Shown piece after piece: positions 1 through 14,700 of a DNA stretch of 64,000 bases. The notes beneath the pieces are model-generated. The model was not told the DNA's origin. It saw only the letters and a list, made by a program, of their open reading frames with translations, and searched no databases. Each line of letters begins with the position of its first letter. The first letter of the stretch is position 1. The stretch lies in the NCBI RefSeq assembly GCF_009914755.1, contig NC_060926.1; one strand, written 5' to 3'. A program made the position numbers and the translations under genes. The DNA is from the human T2T-CHM13v2.0 reference genome, Homo sapiens.

Positions 1-335
1 TTAGAAGGAGAGTTGCCCAGTTAGGAGAGGTAAGAGTGGAACATGGTGATCTCTACCAGATAGACCACATCTTGGACTCTCACGCATCCTGTAAGCTCCT
101 TCTCCAATGAAAATCATAGGACTCTTCAAAGTCATATTTGAAACAACAGCAAAGTCTGCAGTAAACACTGTGATATTTGATCCTGTTCCATCTACATAAT
201 AGAGCTATAAAAAATGATCTGGATTAGGCCTACCAACTTTAAATCTGATAGGACTCAATCAGTGCAGGTTTTCATGGCTCTGCTATATGGATGAAAAAGG
301 GACAATGATCATAGCATTTACTTTTCTTCTCCAGT

Positions 336-411
336 TTCTCAGAAAGCAGCATGAGTCAGCCTTCTTCAAAGAGCGAAGATGGAATCTGAGTTGGTAAACA
401 CATTGTGTGGT
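336..411. promoter_or_regulatory. Candidate enhancer motif cluster (STAT/GAS, AP-1/ARE, FOX, RUNX)
   Basis: TTCTCAGAA 336-344, TGAGTCAGC 352-360, GTAAACA 394-400 and TGTGGT 406-411 in apparently unique sequence. Motif matches only. Confidence 0.35.
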
Positions 412-3400
412 GGACTTTTGAGCGGCACTGTGCCTCTTCTTGCCCATCAATAGAGGGCAAACAAAAACAACAACAAAAAGAATGTGTGCTAAATCTGGAA
501 GTATTGTTCATGAAGCTAAACTACCAAGCAGGTGAAGCACCTTAATCCCAGACTCCACCACCTATAAAATCTGCCCAATTCCTTCAGCATTTGTGAACAA
601 CACTGTAAGAGGAATTCTTAGGACAAATAAATGGGGGTGGTGTGAATTAAAAGAGAATAACACCTGTCTCTGCAGCTGGTCAACAGACCTCACTTTAATG
701 TGCTGTCTACTGGGAAATGGAGGCGTCTCATGTTACCCGGAGGCCTTGGCCTACACTGGAGTCTGCAGAAAGGAATTCTGTGACCAGAAGATGTGAGGCT
801 TGGTCCGTGGCCAAAAACAATGGTGAAAGGTACAAAATGAAAAGTTCTGTCAGGACAAAAGCACTCAATCACAGAACAACACACAACTTGGCTGTTTGAA
901 GAAATGAACCCCAAACCAAAGTCACAACTGGATTAACAACTGGTTGATCCCCTTTTACCTTCTAATGCTTCTCTGGCTGTCGGACACTTATTGAAATAGG
1001 AATGAAGAGATTACAGCCGCCAGCAGCATACAGTGTCTTCATTTAGGGCTGGTTCTGGCTGGTCACGGAAAAGCAACTTGCAAGATTTATGCTTCTCTGC
1101 CTTCTATCCATATTTTTTTCCATTAAAGGGGGAATTTAGAGCAAAGTTACCAATGTAACTCCAACCCAGTGCTGGAGAAGTCCTCGCTGACTTGCAAAAT
1201 AACTGTGGCTTCAGCAGAATTGGGTGCCCAATGGTAACAGAGGTGAAGCCCATAAAAATGGTGTGCACATATTTTAAAACAGGAGAAAAGACCCTATTAT
1301 TCAGTCCACATTGGCTCTAGTGGTTGGTTTGTCCCATAGAACACATCTAAGTTTGAATAATGGGAACAAATAAAGTAAAAATGGATTGCTCTTTCCAAGA
1401 AATATATAAAAGGGTTTATATCTGTACATGTAGAGAAAGATGTTTATGTAATGTATAGGCCACAGATCAGAGAAGCTATTAAAGTTCTTTGAAGAAATCT
1501 GGACTATGAAAGGACCAAAAGTTAAAGAAGAAAAGAGCTGCTGGTGGTTTTAGGTCACAGGGACTTGAACGTCCATCATAGGCCTGGGAGTGAAGACAGG
1601 CTTGTGTGGTTAAAGCGTGGGCCCATGACTTCTACGGGCCAGGAAGAGACTGTTGCTTTCTCCCCTAGACACTGATGCCTGGAAATCCTCTAATAGGGAT
1701 AGAGCTATACACATACCTATCAGAGCCTGGAAAAAATGCAGAAATGTTAGAAAGGTACCCGTAAATAAAAATCACAATGAGCCCTAACTGACTGAAATTG
1801 ATCTGAAGTACAGAGAAGGGTGGTACAGGAAATCAGGAATGCCTCAGCCTCATGAAAGAATGGAGCTTTAAGAGGGCACCTCAGAGTGGGGTCCATGAAG
1901 CAGGAAGTGAAGCTGTAGACACAAACATCAAGGTTTTTCTCTTTGACTTTGGATGGATGTGGGTTCTGACAGTAACAGACAGAATTTATTGGGTCAACAC
2001 TACATGAATTGAGAAGGAGGCCTGCACTCAAAGAGGAATCAGGTGCCCCAGGTGTCCAGTCCCAAATATTTTGGCAGTGAATTTAGACAAAGGAAAAAAA
2101 TATTATTTATTCATGGAGAACTCTCAATGAACTGTTTTCAAATGCCAAAATATCTATTGCTACTTTCTATTGTAAAAAGATATAAGCAAAATTTCACTGT
2201 TAGCTTGAAAAACTGATTTCACTTCATTACAGTTTTGCTTAATATTAGCCTAAAGACATTAATGACAGAGAACTCATTCATTAAAATACATGATTATAAT
2301 TCTAACAAGAAAACAAGTATTTGTTTTTCAACGACACTCTCCTCCTTGTGTAACACTTGAGGATATTTAAACCATTTTAATAACTCTCTTTCTCATTCAC
2401 ACACATGCACACACACTCTAAAATACAGAATATAAATTCTGTTCATGTCTCCTTTTGCATCTGTGAGGATACCCTACCCCCACCATCATAAGAAATAAAG
2501 TTTACTCCTTACTCTGCTTCCATAAATATACTCAAAGAAAAAAAAAACACTCTATTATATTAGCACCGATTCTACTGACTGAGATATTGATCAGCTTGGG
2601 CATTTTCATTGAGTTTGAAAATGCAGCATTATAAGTCTACCTAATTGATGAATTACAGCTACGCATTTGATATACGTCATTTACTATATGCTCTGTCTGG
2701 TGGGAAGAGGAATGGGGTCAAATAACAATTAAAGCATGGGCACTTTCAAGAGTTCTTAGCACTTTCCAGTATTACTTATTTTCATCAATTCTTCTGCCAA
2801 GTATCAGTTTGCTCATAGAAAGGCAGTATTTTGGAAAGAAAGAAAAAAGTTCAGAAATTCATGATTTCTTTAAGGCTAAGCCTACTTTGTAAAGTCACAT
2901 ATTTCTCACTGGTATTCAGATTTCATTACATTCAAGGACCCTGATAATTCATTTGAGACTTGAGAATTGATACATATTTCAAATATTTCCCTACTACAGA
3001 GAAAACATGTCACAAATTCAACATCGCATTGGCAATAATCAGCTGAAAGTATCAAACATGACTCTTCCAGGTTTGAGACCATACAAATAAAATTACATTT
3101 TTAAAAGGCATAATATCAGCAGGAAACATAAACCTCATTTAGTCACAAGCTTAGAATTTATTTCCTTAGGACCAAAATTTTATGACTTACTCAGCTCCAA
3201 TATGTCCTTGAAGGTGAAGATTGCAAAGTAGACCATCACCCCTAATAGCAAGTCACTTATTTGTTTTATCGATATAGCTGACTGTCTAAAGCAGACCTAA
3301 TTTACAGGCAGACCCAAGATTACTGTGCATTTTTCAGAATGCTGCCCACAGACTATAGTCACAAAATATTAAGTATTGAGTCTAACTTGCTCCCCCCTAT

Positions 3401-4189
3401 TCAAGAAAGTATTCACTAGGTCTTTCTCACATACAAAGACTAGAGGTCCAACTTCAGAGCTATACCTGAAGAGGTATTCATACTATGAAACGGAGCAAAA
3501 GTGATTTCACCTGTCTCATAGATTTTTTTTCCCCTGTGAAAATGTAGTTCTCCCTCTTGAAAAACTAAGTCTGAACTTTCAAAATAATTTATTGTGATCA
3601 GGCAAACCATGGCATGTAAACACTTCAATTCCATAAACAAGGATTAAACACCTCATCTCACCAGATAAAATCATGGATACAAACAGGGGAAGACAGAGCT
3701 ACGTAAGTAACTGTGAAGCAAAAATGTTTTAAATGCTTTTTGAATTTATACAAATAAATTTGAATTTATAAAAGCATTTATCGTTCTGAGAACCCAGAAG
3801 AATGATAATTCTCTGTTGAAGTGAGGATGTTTTTAGGAGGAAGTAACATTTGACCTGCCTCTTGAAAATGAATAGAACTTCAACAAAGTGGAGATAGAAG
3901 AGGGTCTGTGCCAACCCTCAATGGCAGGGAGCCCAAGATAATCGCACTTGAAAGGAAGCCTTGCTGCTGCCATCTTTTATAGGATACTTTGCACATCAAT
4001 AGAGGCAGAAATGTCAAAGTTGCCTTGTAATAATGCTCCAAGAGAGGAGTAAAGTGTAGTGGCCCGTGGTCTCTGTAACTCCCTACATCCAGTGCCAAAG
4101 GCAAGGGTAGGGCTGCTGCCAAGGTGGCCCATCCAAGGGGTGGACCTAACAATAGGTAAATGAAGAAAGCAACGTAGCTTCCATCTCAC

Positions 4190-5125
4190 CCTTCCACTGA
4201 AAGTGCTCTCACCAAACTCACAAATTATATCCTCAAGACTAACTCCAATTTCTTAAAATGTAACTCCCATTTCTACCATTGGCTGCATTTGACATTTCCA
4301 ACTTTTTCTAATTTCAATGGCTTCTCTGAGTTTCCTAGGACCACCTAGTCCTCTTCTTTTGACAATGCTTAAAATATTGGCATTTCTGCAGGTCCTGTCT
4401 TAGATACTGTACTCACTCTACAGACCCTCTCTGAGTGATCTCATCTCCTTCCATAACTACAGCTAAACCTATATGCTAATGAATCTCAAATCTGCATCTT
4501 CATTCCTGATCTCTTTTCTGAGCTCCAGGCAGTATAACCCCTACCCATTGGCACCGGCCATCATCCATTCTACTTAATTTTGTATCATTGACAATAAAGC
4601 AATCATGAAATCATTTTGTATGCCTGTTTTCTAAGTCAGTTCACATTTCTCTGTTCATGTAACAAAGAATCTGCTTTTAAGAATTTTAGCAACAGTTTCT
4701 AAACATTTTCAGTTCCTCTGGTCCTGCCTTTCCATTTTATCCTTCACACTGCAACCAGAATAATTCTTCCCAATAGAAATAGGATTTTTTTTTTTTTTTT
4801 TGAGACGGAGTGCAGTGTCATGGTCTTAGCTCACTGCAACCTCCACAGTTTTTGTCTTATTATTCTTTATATCTTTGGTACATAGCCTAGAATCCAGCAT
4901 AGAGCAAGTGTTTAATTATTATAAGCATGAGGCAAGGTGCCTTATTGTATATACTTCAGAATCCTGTATTTCCTCTAGCATAGCATCTAACACACTATAT
5001 TTTATTATTTTTCTGCACTAGGACTGTGAAAATTACGAGAAGTTTTCATCTTATTCATCTTTATATCTTTGGTACATAGCATAGAATCCAGCTTAGAGCA
5101 AGTGCTTAATCATTATTTCTAAATA
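4190..5125 (+). mobile_element. LINE-2 remnant (3' part), interrupted by an Alu fragment
   Basis: L2-like tract 'cctatatgctaatgaatctcaaatctgcatcttcattcctgatctcttttctgagctccag' and an L2 3'-end-like 'tagaatccagc..agagcaagtgcttaat'. Confidence 0.7.
4785..4844 (-). mobile_element. Alu 3' stump (poly-A tail plus ~45 nt)
   Basis: T-run then 'gagacggagtgcagtg...agctcactgcaacctcc', with an internal deletion between the two GGAGT repeats of the consensus. Confidence 0.85.
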
Positions 5126-5169
5126 GATAACATGGAGTTGTGCAGGTCAACTTCCAGAACTGTTAGGCT

Positions 5170-5502
5170 TTTCCCCATTTCCCCATACTCTCTGGTAACC
5201 ACCAATCTATTCTCTATTTTCACCACCATAAGATCCACTTTTTGGCTCCCACATATGAATGAGAACAATCTTTGTCTTTCTGGCTTGACTTATTTCATGT
5301 AACATAATGGCCTCCAGTTCCATCTGTGTTGCTGCAAATGACAGGATTTCGTTCTTCTTAATGGCTGAATAATATTCCATTGTGTGTATGTATCACATTT
5401 TCTTTATCCATTAATCCATTAATGGGCACTGAGGTTGATTCCATATTTTAGCTATTGTGAATGATGCTGCAATAAACATGGGAGTGCAGATTTCTCTACA
5501 AC
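5170..5502 (-). mobile_element. L1 (L1MA-type) 3' fragment
   Basis: 'cataatggcctccagttccatctgtgttgctgcaaatgacaggatttc...gctgcaataaacatgggagtgcaga', the antisense L1 ORF2 end and 3'UTR. Confidence 0.88.
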
Positions 5503-6019
5503 TAGTGTTTTAATAATTTTGAGGTATGGTTGGAAAAATGAAGTCTGGAAAAAGAGATTGATCCAAAATATGATAATGCTAATCCATGAACTAAGGAGGG
5601 TTTTACAATTTTTAAAACATATTTTAATCTTATTTTATTAGCAATCTGAGAAGAAAGCAGATTTGTGTGTAGGAAAATGGTGTAGACAGACCTAAGCTTT
5701 TAGAAAGAGTAATGATGGCAACATAGAGAATGGACTGGAGACAAGAGACACCAATGAGGCATCTAGTTAAAAACCTTAAAAGAGAGATTGTGGACCAGTG
5801 TCATGACAACAGGAACAAAAAAGAGGAAACGGCTATATGGAGATAGGATTGGAAGTACTGAGAGATCACCTGGGTATGGAAGATGAGGAAAAAAGACTAT
5901 TTTAAGATGAGTTTAAGGCTCCAAAACATGATCAATATGGGGGACACAAGAGAATAGGTCATTCAAGAAAGGAACAAGATAAGGATTTATTAAGTCCCTT
6001 TTCATACTTTCTCAATTCA

Positions 6020-6345
<326 letters not shown>

Positions 6346-6390
<45 letters not shown>
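6346..6390. repeat. (TAGA)~11 tetranucleotide microsatellite
   Basis: Pure TAGA/GATA run directly after the Alu tail. Confidence 0.97.
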
Positions 6391-7407
6391 CTGAAATGTA
6401 GAAGAGGAAAAGAGATAAGTTTTAAAATATGCATTTGGGTTCTATCGATAAAGAAGAGATGATTGAAGCTACAACATAAGAAAAAAAATGAGAAAAGGAA
6501 AGTGGATTGTTCCTTTAGGACATTCCTGCATATGAGGAAAACAGAAGAGGAATAAGTGGAAAAGTAGGAGAAGGAATGTTAGTAGATACAGGAGGAAAAG
6601 TAAAATGGTGCACTGTAGATTAACAACATTAAAAAGATTTTCAGAGAAGAGAAATGTGCATTAAGCACAATTACTTCAGAGGGATTGTATAGGATAAGGA
6701 CAATACAATCCTTGACTTTAAAGTCAGCAGAGTATTGGTTACTTAGAGACAGCAATTTCAATTATGTGCTGCTATTTGAAATGACATTACAATAGACTGA
6801 AGAAGTAGAAGGTGACATAATTGAAGCAGCAGATGTAGCCTACTCTTCTTTCTTTTGTGGATGATAAAAGAAAGAAAAGAGATGAGAGTAGAATCAAGGA
6901 AAGACTTTAAAAACACTTGAAAAGGAAGAACACATTTGGAAGCTGAAGGGAAATATCTAATGGAGGTGGACAATAGCAAGGGATAATTTCAGAAGCCAGA
7001 TCTTAGGAGAGAAGAGATGGGCCTGAAATGAGTCTCCTATGGAGGAAAAGAACATGGAGCAAAGAAGCGGATAAAATAACTCAATCTGTAGTTATATGTC
7101 ATAGGAGTTGAAGTAAAAGTGAGAGGCAGAGAAACTTTCACTCTTCCAGGATAAACAGAAATTTTACACATGTGAGAATTAGCATTCCAGGGAGAAGTAT
7201 TGATACTTAGCAAAAACATAAAAGCAAGGAACATCATGTTGGGCATGATAATTATAAGTGGGTCAGTGTGGATGCTGATTAAGTGCAAAGTAGATGGTAA
7301 AAAGAGAAAACATAAAGCATGATAGGGATCAAGTTATATTGGAGCTGTTAGTAAGCATGGACTTCAGTCTTGTAGGTAAGAGGAAATTCTTGAAAAGGCT
7401 TAGGCAG

Positions 7408-7771
7408 TGGATTAGTCCATTTTCACACTGCTATAAAGATACTACCTGAGACTGAGTAACTTATAAGGAAAAGAGGTTTAATTGACTCACAGTTCCACAT
7501 GGCTGGGGAGGCCTCAGGAAACTTATAATCATGGCAGAAGGCAACAGGGAAACAAGGCACATTTTACGTGGTAGCAGGAGAGAGAGCAAAGGGGGTAGTG
7601 TCATGTTTTTAAACCTTCAGATCTCATGAGAACTCACTCACTATCATGAGAACAGCGAGGGATAAATTCGCCCCTATGATCCAGTCACCTCCCACCAGGC
7701 CCCTCATCTGACATGTGGGGATTACAATTCGAGATGAGATTTGGGTGGGGACACAGAGCCAAACCATATCA
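7408..7771 (-). mobile_element. MaLR solo LTR, THE1 (THE1D-like)
   Basis: 'attagtccattttcacactgctataaagatactacctgagactg' through 'gatttgggtggggacacagagccaaaccatatca'; ~365 bp. Confidence 0.92.
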
Positions 7772-10700
7772 GCAAGGGAGTTACATAGACAATTATATGC
7801 TGGGAAGATATTACTCTGGCAGCTATGGGGAGGAGGGATTGAACAAGTATAGGAAGAGCACATATCCAATTATAAGTCTGCATAGTAGTCTAAAAAGAAG
7901 CAATACAGAATAGAATGGCACAACAGAGTCAACAAATATTTGGGGAAAAATCCATAAGACTTTGTGATTGATTAGGGATTCTGAAAATGTGAGAAATCAA
8001 GAAAAATCTTGAGTTTCTATTTCAGATTATTAGACAGAATTTTGTTTCACAAACTAAAGGAACAGAAGAGCAAATCAGGTCTTAGAGGGCAAAGATGAGT
8101 TCAGTTTTGAGAATGTTGGATTGGAAATTCTTTTTGGGCTTTTGGATGAAAAAGTTTAATAGGCTGTTGGTTTATAAGTCTAAGATTTATAAAAGTGGGT
8201 AAGATCACAGAGATAAGTAAGTTGGTAGGCTAAGAATGTAACCCAAGAAACACTACAAATTAAAGAGAGTAAACAGAGGGAAATTAGACAGAGGATTGGT
8301 CAGAGAGAGAGAGGGAAATCAGGAGCATGGGAGGTCTAACAACCCAATTCGTGTAGAAAGATCTCCCAGACAAGGACATAATTCACAGTATCAAACAGCA
8401 GTTGTGCCAAGTAAGCTAAGCTCCAAAAAGGGCCCATTGGATTTGACAAATTGAACGTCATTTTGGGTTTGGGCAAGAGTAGTTTCAGAGGAATAGTGAA
8501 AGCACAAGCCAGATTACAGTGGACCGAGAAGTAAACAAGACATAAGAAAATGACATAGTGGGACAATAAGATTAGATTGTCTTAGGGATTCTGTGTGTGG
8601 GACAGACCCACAAGAAGATGAAGCCTGAATAGCCTTTGAGGAAGGATTAGATATCTTCTAGGTGGACTGAAGAGAAGGCTTTACAGTGGAGAACACAAAC
8701 AAAGCACAGAGGCGTTACACAGCTTGGTTTGCTGCAACAACCCAAGAAGTTTAGCGTTGTCAAGGCATTAATGTGAAGGGAATGGGTGAGTAGAACAAGA
8801 GATATCCTGTGGAACAGAGACAGGAATCAGATCAGAAAAGCCTTTCATGCTATGCTAAGGAAAAGGAATTTTATCCTGAGGCAATCGGGGGACACTGAAA
8901 GACTTTAATCATTCTATTTGTGACTTCACCAGCAGAATAAGGAATGAGACAAGGCTGGGGGCAGGGTGAGCAGAGCAGAAACACAGATTTCAGTAGCAGA
9001 GGAGGGACATGACCACACGAATCAATGGGAGAAACAGGATAGAGTAAGAATTACCAAGAGTTGGTGACTAAGTCACATAAAGAACAAAGTTTGGAAGTAG
9101 GAATCAAAGAAAATACTACTATTTCTGGTTTAGCTGATTGAGGAGAGGGGAATTACCACCAATAATGAAAGTGAACAGATAGGGAGATTGAGTTTGGAGC
9201 ATGATAAATCATTATTTCAGTTTGGAACATTTTACATTTGAGATTCCTCTTAATATTTAAACGGAAAAATCCAGGAAAGTCTTTGGACCTGGTATACCTA
9301 GTGTATTGGACAGGTCATGGAAATTTAGAGCTTGAGATAAAAGATAACTCGAAATCAGGGTGGAGGTCTGGGATTTAATTCACTGCCTTGAGGAGCTTCC
9401 CAGAGAAAAAGGATGGCAATGCTTAACTACTCTGGACACAGTTGAAGCTAGTTCAAACTCCCTCTACAGGGCTGAAGAAGTGGTTCTAGAAACTGAATCT
9501 TCAATAGTGGGTTGGGGGAGATGGAATGAGATCAACTGTGGGTTGGAGTAATTGAAAGACTTGGAATCAAATAGTAACTAATCAGTCCTTAAAATCTCTC
9601 TTGCTCTACTCCCTGTGGCTACTTACAACAAGGGTGTAGGAATTGGATTGTGAACCTGAACCCAGAGCCTTTGGGAACTCCATAGAAACAGAGGACTAAG
9701 GGACACCTTGAGGAGATAGCCAGTAGAGAAGAAGGTCTCATCATCACAATGTATTGCCAAAGCAGCCTAAGATTAATCTACTTGCCATCACCAAGGCAAA
9801 GCAGGTCATTCTGCCCTTGCGTTTCCACATAGCCTCCTTATGCCATGCTGTGACCCTGATATTCATATTACCCTGATTTCAACTGCACACTCATTTTGGG
9901 AATGAAAGACTCATTTCATGAGTTGGCTTTTACACCATTATTTCTCTTTCCCCATGGCTTTTCCAGGTCAGTGTGAACCCTATGGTGAATCTTCAGATAG
10001 AGGGTATAATTTACTTGGAGCCTAGGGATTGAGCAAGAAAGCAACCTCTTCTCCATTTCAAACACAAGTGTCATTTTGCTCCAGAATAACTCAAGGCAAT
10101 TTCTCATGTGTTTTTCTCCAGGCATCACTCTATCCACATACCCTGGTAGCATTTCCAGTGGGAATTTCAGAGACCGTAAGTTGCAGTCAGACAGTAATTT
10201 TTCATTTAGAAGGATGAGAATCACTGAAAGATTTTGGGCCATAAAAGACCAAAGAACAAACAAGGGTCATATGACTGAAGTAAGAATGTCCCAGGGAGAT
10301 GTTTTAGGTCACTGAGCAGAATGAAATTCATTTTAGGTTTAAGCTCTTTGCCTTATCTTGGCATTACCTTTATAATTAAAATAATAATAGAAAAAGAAAT
10401 CATGAAAAAGATATTGTCAGGATATGATAGCAGTTGATGAAACCAAGCTCACCTATGCTTTCACTTGTTTTAATACAACATTTAATGTATGTACCCAAAG
10501 AACATCACCGTATTTTACTAAGCATGGCGATATGAAATTTTACAAACTTAAAACACAATAACTATAATTCTGGCAAGATCTAAAATTTATCATTGCCAAA
10601 TACTTTCCACTCTAACCTCATTTCTTCTCGGTTGAAATTTGTACAAATGCTTTCTCTCTCTAAGGGGCAGGGGTTTCTCTGCTCAGAGGTGAGATGAATG

Positions 10701-11139
10701 TCTAAAAAGATAATTTGAAGTCTTCTGAGCCACTTTTTAGTCATAAGCACAAAAAACAATCACCCATATTGAACCTTTAAAATATAAAGATTCTTGAACT
10801 TTAAACACAAATATCAATGATGTGGGAATTATTTTATTCTTCATATAAAATTTTAGAAGTTTTAAGAATGGCTCAAAATTATGTTAGAATATTAGATGTA
10901 GTTAGGATAACTGAGTTTAATTTTAAACAGTTTATAGAGATTGGTATGTACATACACTTAGCAAAAAGAATCCTGTGTGAAACATATTTTAGTAGATCAA
11001 AATTTCAATAAAGTTAAAAAATAAAAATACTAAATTAGACTAGCAATTTTCATTATGTTATTTTATACATGTACAGATTTTTCCATGTCAAATTATTTTA
11101 GGAACCTTATCCAGAAATCAGAAGTCTCTGACTTCACTT

Positions 11140-11748
11140 TAATCTGGCCTGCTTCTCATCAGAAGTAACTACTGACAATTCTTTAGTCAGGTATATGCTT
11201 CCACAATTCTAAATAACATACTTTTCCTGTTACCTCTTCACTTATAATTTTTAGGCATTATCTATTGAATTTCTAAAGAGAACAAAAAGCACCCTTAACA
11301 TCCCTCATCCTCAAATCCCTTTCTCTACATTCTCCAGCAGTTATGTCATACTTTTGTGATGATCATTTGAAGCATGATTTACTTCATTTTTTCTGCTGCT
11401 AATAATCATATCTATTTGTTTGCGTTCATGACTTTTTATCATTGTAATTAATGCTTCCCAAGCTCTCCAAATGAATTAAAAACACCCATGAATTCACCTT
11501 GTCACATTGCCAAGCACATCCAGGAAGCTAACAGTTCAATTTTCTTTTTTCCTTCTAGCCTCTTCCTGGTCCTCTGGAAATTGCCTCCTTGCCCAATCTG
11601 GAAATTGCTCTATGTCTACTCAACAGTTGCTGAAGTTGAGTAGTTCAGCAGTGAAGTTCTATAACTTCACTTACTCTGAATTCTCTTAGGTCTGGTCTTT
11701 CTTGTTCTTCCTTTGCCTCCTTGTCTTGGTGGAGTACATCGTCTAATA
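11140..11748 (-). mobile_element. HAL1 or old L1-related fragment (left part of a split element)
   Basis: Ends 'ttgtcttggtggagtacatcgtctaata', which joins the HAL1-like sequence resuming at 15222. Confidence 0.5.
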
Positions 11749-14700
11749 CAGTGCCATGCAGACTAGAGAGTCTGCAAGCCATTTCTGGTGCACAGACTAT
11801 CATCGTTCTGTGATGAGAGGGATCCAGAAATCAATAGGAAGCATTCGAAGGCTTTTATAATACTTTGATAGTGCTACTCCATGCACACATTTGATCAAGG
11901 GCCATGTTCACAATTAGCACATAGCAAATTCTAACTTGGAACAAATCAACCCAGCGAGTATTTTTTTTAAAACTTTTTAGTACAAGTTGAGTATTGGTCA
12001 TATATGGCTAATGTAGTAATTATTTTAAAATGTGTAAAAATTAAAGAAAGCTTTTTCATTGCAGAAAATAATTTACCTAGGTTTGCAGTCTAGAGTATAA
12101 ACTATAAAATATTACACTTTGTATCAATATGTCTATCAATAACATAACATCTTTTACTCAAAAAGTCTTATTGCCAAAAAAAGCTATCAGCTGTAAGCCT
12201 AATGTATTATATTCAGCTTATTCTATTAATTATGGAACAATAAGGAAAGTAATTGCAAACAGCTTTTTTGTATGCTGAAGTAAAATGGTTATCAAGGGGA
12301 AAAACTCACTCTAGACTAAATTGAAATAGGGAATCAACTCTGGTGCTCCTGAAAAATAAGAAATTTGTTGGGTCCCCCAAATTTAAAGACAAAAATTGAA
12401 CACAAATTTTACAAATTTGCTTATGTGTTTAATATCACTGATATTTCTAATTATCTGACTACTATGTGAAGAAGGAATGCAACATACTTTTCAGTGGTAA
12501 ATCAAATTGAAAGGCAATGGAAAAATTTACAAGTTAGAGAATTTTTGCAGGCTGTTATGATATATACTTCATAATTTAACACAATTTTCCATAAAGTAGA
12601 AGGTAATCTTGATATTATACGTCTGAAAAAGTTAAAACTGAACACCTCACAAATTTGATAGAACATTTTAATCTCTATTTTATATCACAAAAAAGGCAAC
12701 AGGACATTCATGAGCTAGAACCTTGTTATTTCATTGGAAACAAAACGTTTATATTTTAAGGCATAGATTGTTGCAACTTTCTATTGGTGAAAGATTGAAA
12801 ATGATTGTTGAAATTGTAGCATCATTTGCTTCATTTTAAATAAAAGGTAAAACTGAATATCCTGAGCATGCTGAAACTGCTTTGAAATTTCTTCTTTAGT
12901 TTTTGTCACATATTCTGGAAAACTGGTTTTTCTATTATGAATGTAATTTTTTAAAAAGATAGAAACATTTTAGATATACATCTTTCCCTAGAATACTGTT
13001 GTAATCAGTGCAACCTAGAATGGATACATTAACAAGCAAAAAGCAAGCACATCTGTGGCATTACCAACATTAAATATTTATATACATAGTGTTCATTTCA
13101 TTCTAAATACAGATGTTTAAAATAAGGGATTACTATTTCAGTAATAACTGTAAGTTACAAATGTGGAGCAACTACAATTTTCAAGTGTAATAACCAGGAA
13201 GTGTTATGTTTCCAGCTTTGTTCTTTCTTAAGATAGCTTTGACTACTCTGGGCCTTTTGTGATTCCACCATATGAATTTTAGAATTGTTTTTTTCTATTT
13301 CTGTGAAAAACACTATTGGGATTTTCATAGAGATTACATTGAATTTAGAGACTGTTTTGTGTAGTATAGACATTTTAAAAATGTAAATTCTTCCAATCTA
13401 TGAACATGGGATCTCTTCCCATTTGTTTGTGTCTTCAATTTCTTTCAACAATGCTTTAGTTTGTAGTGTACAGATCTTTCAACTTCTTGGTTCAATTTTT
13501 TCCTAAGTATTTTACTCTTTTTAATGCTACTGTTAATGTTTTTTTAATATCGTTTTCCCTTAGTATATAGAAATGCAACTGATGTTGACATGTTGTTTTT
13601 CTATCCTGCAACTTCACTGAATTTGTTAGTTCATTTTTTAAATGAGGTCTCTTTAGGTCTTTCTATACAAAAGACCATGTCATGTACAGAGACAATGTTC
13701 ATCCTTTCTGATTTCAATGCCTTTTATTTCTTGCCTACTCTGGCTAGACTTCCAGTGCTATGTTGAATGGAAGCGATGAGAGTAGACATCCTTGTCTTGT
13801 TCCTGATCTTAGAAAAAAAGCTTTCATCTTTTCAACATTGGGTATCATGTGAGTTATGGGCTTGTCATATAAGGCCTTTATTATGTTGTGGTAATTCTTT
13901 CCATCCCCAATTTGCTGAGACTTTTTGTTATGAAAGGATGCTGCATTCAGTCAAATGCTGCTTCTGCGTTTATTAAAATGATCACATGATTTTTAAAATT
14001 CATTCTGTTAATATGGTATATTACATCTATTGATTTGCATTTGTTGAATTATCTTTGCAAACCAGAGATAAATTCAATTTGATCATGATGTATGATCCTT
14101 TCAGTGTGCTGTTGAATGCAGTTTGCTAGTATTTTGTAGAGAATTTTGGATCTACATTTATCAGAGATGTTGGCCTGTAATTTTCTTTTCTTGTAGTGTC
14201 CTTGTCTGGCCTTGGTATCAGTGTAATGCTGGCCTCATAAAATGAGTTTGGAAGTGTTCCCTCCTCTTCAGTTTTTTGGAAGAGTTTGACAAGGATTTGG
14301 TGTTAATTCTTTTTTAAATTTTTGGTACAATTCGTCAGTGAAGCCATCTGGTCCTGGTTTTTTGTTGTTGTTGTTGGGAGGTTTTTGATTACCGATTTAA
14401 TCCCCTTACTTGTTACTGAACTATTCAGATTTTCTATTTCTTCAATATTCAGACTTAGTAGGTTTCTAGAAATTTTTCATTTCTTCTAGGTCATCGAATT
14501 TGCTGGTGCAAAATTGTTCATAGTCCTACAATCCTTGGGATTTGGGGGCTATCAGTTGTAATATCTCCTCTTCCTTTTATAATTGTTTTTACTTGAGCCC
14601 TGTCCCTTTTTTCTTGGTAGTCTAACTACAGGTTTGTTTATCTTTTCAAATAACCAACTCTTCATTTGGCTGATCTTTTCTATTGTCTTTTAATTTTCTA

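Noticed and set aside
3695-3710. Isolated GTAAGT donor-like site (similar GTAAGA sites near 21010 and 31127)
   Set aside because: No credible paired acceptor or reading frame; such hexamers recur every few kb.
11749-13190. Domesticated hAT transposase (ZBED/Buster-like) gene
   Set aside because: Motifs are present but broken by frameshifts and stops, and the ORF track shows no transposase ORF; a fossil only.
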